The position numbers and the translations under genes were made by a program. From Nitrospirota bacterium (GTDB lineage: Bacteria > Nitrospirota > JACRHJ01): a stretch of DNA of 64,000 bases. The notes beneath the pieces were generated by a model that ran no database searches, was not told the origin of the DNA, and saw only the letters and a list, made by a program, of their open reading frames with translations. Below, one piece after another: positions 61,566 through 64,000 of this stretch (the stretch's first letter is position 1; each line of letters opens with the position of its first letter). Where the stretch lies: contig CAWJRJ010000014.1 of NCBI GenBank assembly GCA_963845245.1, positions 79,134 to 143,133 on the forward strand, in the 5' to 3' direction.

Positions 61566-61984
61566 TGGCTGAATTCTTGATGAACCTTGGCCTTGACGGT
61601 CTTGCCCCCGGTCTTTCTGGACTTGCAGACAGGCTCTCTAACCTCTCCCCGGCCCTTGACAGGGCCGGGGAGGTCATGCATACGTCAATTATGACTAACT
61701 TCGCTTCACAAGGGCGGCCACAAGCATGGGAGATATTGAAGCCTGAGACTGTCGAAAGAAAAGGGCATGACAGAATACTGTTTGAAACCGGACGCCTTAT
61801 GGGTTCGATTTTATGCAGAGCATCAGAGGATAGCCTGAGAATAACCGCGGATGTCCCATATGCGCAGCCGCTTCAGCATGGGACAGGTTCAGCAGGGATG
61901 CCAGCAAGGCCGTTCCTGATATTTCAGGACGGAGACTTAAACACGATAACCTCGTTGATTGAAACATACATTGTAACCGGCTAA
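61565..61984 (+). CDS. Mu gpG-like virion morphogenesis protein
   Basis: NFASQGRPQAWEILKPETVERKGHDRILFETGRL...YAQPLQHG...ARPFL pattern. ATGA overlap with the preceding gene. Confidence 0.6.
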   Translation: MAEFLMNLGLDGLAPGLSGLADRLSNLSPALDRAGEVMHTSIMTNFASQGRPQAWEILKPETVERKGHDRILFETGRLMGSILCRASEDSLRITADVPYAQPLQHGTGSAGMPARPFLIFQDGDLNTITSLIETYIVTG

Positions 61985-61996
61985 AGAAGGTAAAGC

Positions 61997-62440
61997 ATGC
62001 CTGACTACTACAAGAAAAGCGAGATTGAAACAGCAATACTTATTGCTTTAAGCCCGCTCGTTGTAAAAAATGGAGGGTATCTGATTGAGCTTGATGTATA
62101 CAAGGGCGAGTTGTCGGCATCAGGAGTATTTAAAGAATCGGTCAGGACGCCATCGGTATTCCTTGCATATTCTGGCTCCACCTATGGCACAGGCAATTAT
62201 TTGCATGCAGAAGAAACCATAACATATAACCTCGTTGCTCTTTGCAGGACCGGTGCAACGCCTGATGCCTGCACGGTGCTTGAGAATGTCAGAGATCATC
62301 TCTGTGGAAACAGTATGGGGCTTGACATAAAACCTCTAAAACTTCTGCGAGAATATTCCGTGGGCGTCACGAAAGAGCTTACAACTTTGTCGGCAGTATA
62401 TTCGGTCACTCAGAAGGTGTACATGCCATTACAGGCGTGA
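61997..62440 (+). CDS. Mu gp37-like (DUF1834-type) protein
   Basis: Call rests on its position after the gpG-like gene, its size of 147 aa, and LSPLV...PSVFLAYSG. Family assignment is tentative. Confidence 0.4.
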   Translation: MPDYYKKSEIETAILIALSPLVVKNGGYLIELDVYKGELSASGVFKESVRTPSVFLAYSGSTYGTGNYLHAEETITYNLVALCRTGATPDACTVLENVRDHLCGNSMGLDIKPLKLLREYSVGVTKELTTLSAVYSVTQKVYMPLQA

Positions 62441-62456
62441 AAGAACGGAGTTCAAA

Positions 62457-62624
62457 ATGGATGCAGTAACAGGACTTACCATAACGGTAAGAGTTGATAC
62501 CACTTCCGCAAGGCAGGATGTGTACGAATTTCAGAGATATGCTTTGCAGGTACTTGAGGATATAAGAGCGGCGTATGCCGCTACGGAGCAGGACCTTTTC
62601 TCAGGGTTAAGGAGGAGCGTCTAG
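62457..62624 (+). CDS. Small phage protein (55 aa), below the ORF-track cutoff
   Basis: ATG preceded by ACGGAG. The TAG stop abuts the next ATG (TAGATG), which fits the operon packing. Confidence 0.35.
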   Translation: MDAVTGLTITVRVDTTSARQDVYEFQRYALQVLEDIRAAYAATEQDLFSGLRRSV

Positions 62625-63044
62625 ATGGGGCAGGCAACTTTCATGGTTTCCGGGGCTGCATCCTTGGTATTCTCTGTAAACCCTGTCTACCCAGGCAAGA
62701 CAACGATTTTTTCCGGGTCGGTTTCAGGTCAAACCGAGGGTGGAGACGAATATGTATACCGCAAAGGCAATCCATATGTCCTGATAGAGCTCAGGTTTGA
62801 AGGTCTGTCAGCAAACGTTTTTGACGGTGGATTTGATTATGCTACAAAGAGTCAGAATGTGGGCACGCAGTGCATAGTGAACTGGTATCTTAATGTCTCT
62901 GGTGGCAGCCGGGAGCACTTTACTTACAGGGACCCATTTGGAGTTGACCACTCCGTAACCATTTATGGAGACCATATTGATTTTGCACTTACTGATTATG
63001 GCCTTTATAGTGGACAGATTTTGTTAAAGAAAAAATTGGACTGA
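62625..63044 (+). CDS. Hypothetical phage structural protein
   Basis: 139 aa, beta-rich, tightly coupled to the flanking genes. Confidence 0.45.
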   Translation: MGQATFMVSGAASLVFSVNPVYPGKTTIFSGSVSGQTEGGDEYVYRKGNPYVLIELRFEGLSANVFDGGFDYATKSQNVGTQCIVNWYLNVSGGSREHFTYRDPFGVDHSVTIYGDHIDFALTDYGLYSGQILLKKKLD

Positions 63045-63045
63045 T

Positions 63046-64000
63046 ATGAAAACTCTTAGCGAGAACTTTACAACCAAAAAGAACAGCAAGACAGCTTGCC
63101 CGTTGATACTTGCGGTTTTTCATTTTAATGCTGGCGACGTGTTTGTGTCAGACCGCACTATTACGGCTGGAAGCGGGAGTCCGGTATTTAATGGCCTGGT
63201 GACATCATGGGGTGTACTTACAAATCCTGCGAGAGGACCTTTTGCGGTTTCCATGCCGGAAATAGCTATTGAAATTTCGAATGCCGGTATGCCATCTTTC
63301 ATGTCCCACCTCGAGAATGGAATTGCCGAGGATACAGAAGTAGAGCTTTTTCTCTGGTTTGATGGATTAACGTACAACGAAAAGGAACCTTTAGGCAGGT
63401 TTGCCATAACTTCTCCAGTAACCTATGGTTACGATAAGGTATCACTTGTACTTGTAAGTGCATTCCTCAAGAGAAACAGGGTATTAGGCACAAAGATAAG
63501 CCGTGAAGATTACCCCAATGCCGACCCGGATGCCGTGGGAAAGACAGAGAGAATAATATATGGGCAGGCAAAAAATGTAAAGTGTCTTCCAGTTGTGGCA
63601 GGCGCTTGCACCACCCTTGTCGCTGATGTTACAGATATTCAAACTGCCGGTATAGAGTTAAGCATTTTGCCGGACGGGATTTCATTTCCTGTAGCTGGAG
63701 TTATTCAGGCAGGCAATGAAAAAATTTCCTATTCAGGTATATCGAACAGGGTGCTCACGGGGGTGTCTAGGGGGGCCTCGGGCACGACTCCTGCCAAGCA
63801 TAACAAAGGATCAGTTGTTTTCGAGCCAAGGACCGATTTTACTTATCAGGTTGCTGGACATCCGGTAAAAAGCATTGGAGATGTTTTCGTGGGTGGGATC
63901 CGGATTGCATCGGGAGTGACAAAGCAGGCGAACGCGAACGGTAAAGCGAACGTGATTATCAACAGTAAATTCACGATAGAAAAGTCCGTTTCACTTAGCG
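63046..64000 (+). CDS. Phage structural (tail / host-interaction-like) protein, 3'-truncated by window end
   Basis: The frame is open from ATG 63046 to the window end (318 codons). It is not in the ORF track because no stop is reached. Begins MKTLSENFTTKKNSKTACPLILAVFHFNAGDVFVSDRTI. Confidence 0.55.
   Translation, partial: MKTLSENFTTKKNSKTACPLILAVFHFNAGDVFVSDRTITAGSGSPVFNGLVTSWGVLTNPARGPFAVSMPEIAIEISNAGMPSFMSHLENGIAEDTEVELFLWFDGLTYNEKEPLGRFAITSPVTYGYDKVSLVLVSAFLKRNRVLGTKISREDYPNADPDAVGKTERIIYGQAKNVKCLPVVAGACTTLVADVTDIQTAGIELSILPDGISFPVAGVIQAGNEKISYSGISNRVLTGVSRGASGTTPAKHNKGSVVFEPRTDFTYQVAGHPVKSIGDVFVGGIRIASGVTKQANANGKANVIINSKFTIEKSVSLS

Larger units (their letters stand above)
55593..64000 (+). 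mobile_element. Mu-like phage packaging/head(-tail) module: cryptic prophage or GTA-like cluster, running off the window end
   Basis: Co-directional, tightly packed genes for an HTH protein, TerL, a gpI-like protease, a DUF935-type portal, a gpT-like capsid protein, and DUF1320-, gpG- and gp37-like proteins. The module starts 139 nt after a host MFS gene with no integrase, repressor or replication genes. Confidence 0.8.

Overview
Moderately GC-rich bacterial chromosome segment, densely coding. All function calls come from motifs I recognise in the supplied translations, because no database search was possible. The envelope genes are Gram-negative in type. A sigma-54 promoter, futalosine menaquinone genes, a multihaem cytochrome and an N-type ATPase suggest an anaerobic or microaerophilic lineage (Nitrospirota- or Desulfobacterota-like); this is inference only.

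Layout:
- 1-1.8 kb: MacB-type ABC pair.
- 1.9-14.9 kb: block bounded by an exact direct repeat of the last 23 nt of tRNA-Gln. It carries an AMP-ligase / 2-oxoacid dehydrogenase E1ab-E2 / ACP operon and an N-ATPase operon (atpDCQBEFAG). No integrase is present.
- 14.9-20.9 kb: gltX, tRNA(CAU), nif3 / COG1579 / RNase HI, a polytopic membrane protein and RNase P RNA.
- 21-24.3 kb: Se/S-trafficking cluster (DUF3343, FeS-DUF3786, cysteine desulfurase, YedE) with many reading-frame disruptions.
- 25.8-28.5 kb: sigma-54 promoter with upstream repeats, driving yeeE plus an exported beta-propeller that carries a CxxCH motif.
- 28.6-36 kb (window centre): cysteine-motif-rich envelope locus of DUF4418, FtsX permease, ABC ATPase, a small exported protein, two Cys-tipped beta-barrels, a DUF2318 lipoprotein and a multihaem cytochrome. 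I rank this as the best candidate for an undescribed system.
- 36-55.5 kb: PhoH2, a hem operon (hemX-like, hemA, hemC, hemD, hemB with inserted genes), maf, a c-di-GMP enzyme pair, panC, folK, mqnB and mqnD, and an MFS transporter.
- 55.6-64 kb: Mu-like phage packaging/head module that abuts host DNA with no lysogeny module.

At least 8 frameshifts and 1 nonsense codon are visible, 5 of them inside the Se/S cluster. They may be real decay or assembly indels. No rRNA, CRISPR array, IS element, transposase or integrase was seen.
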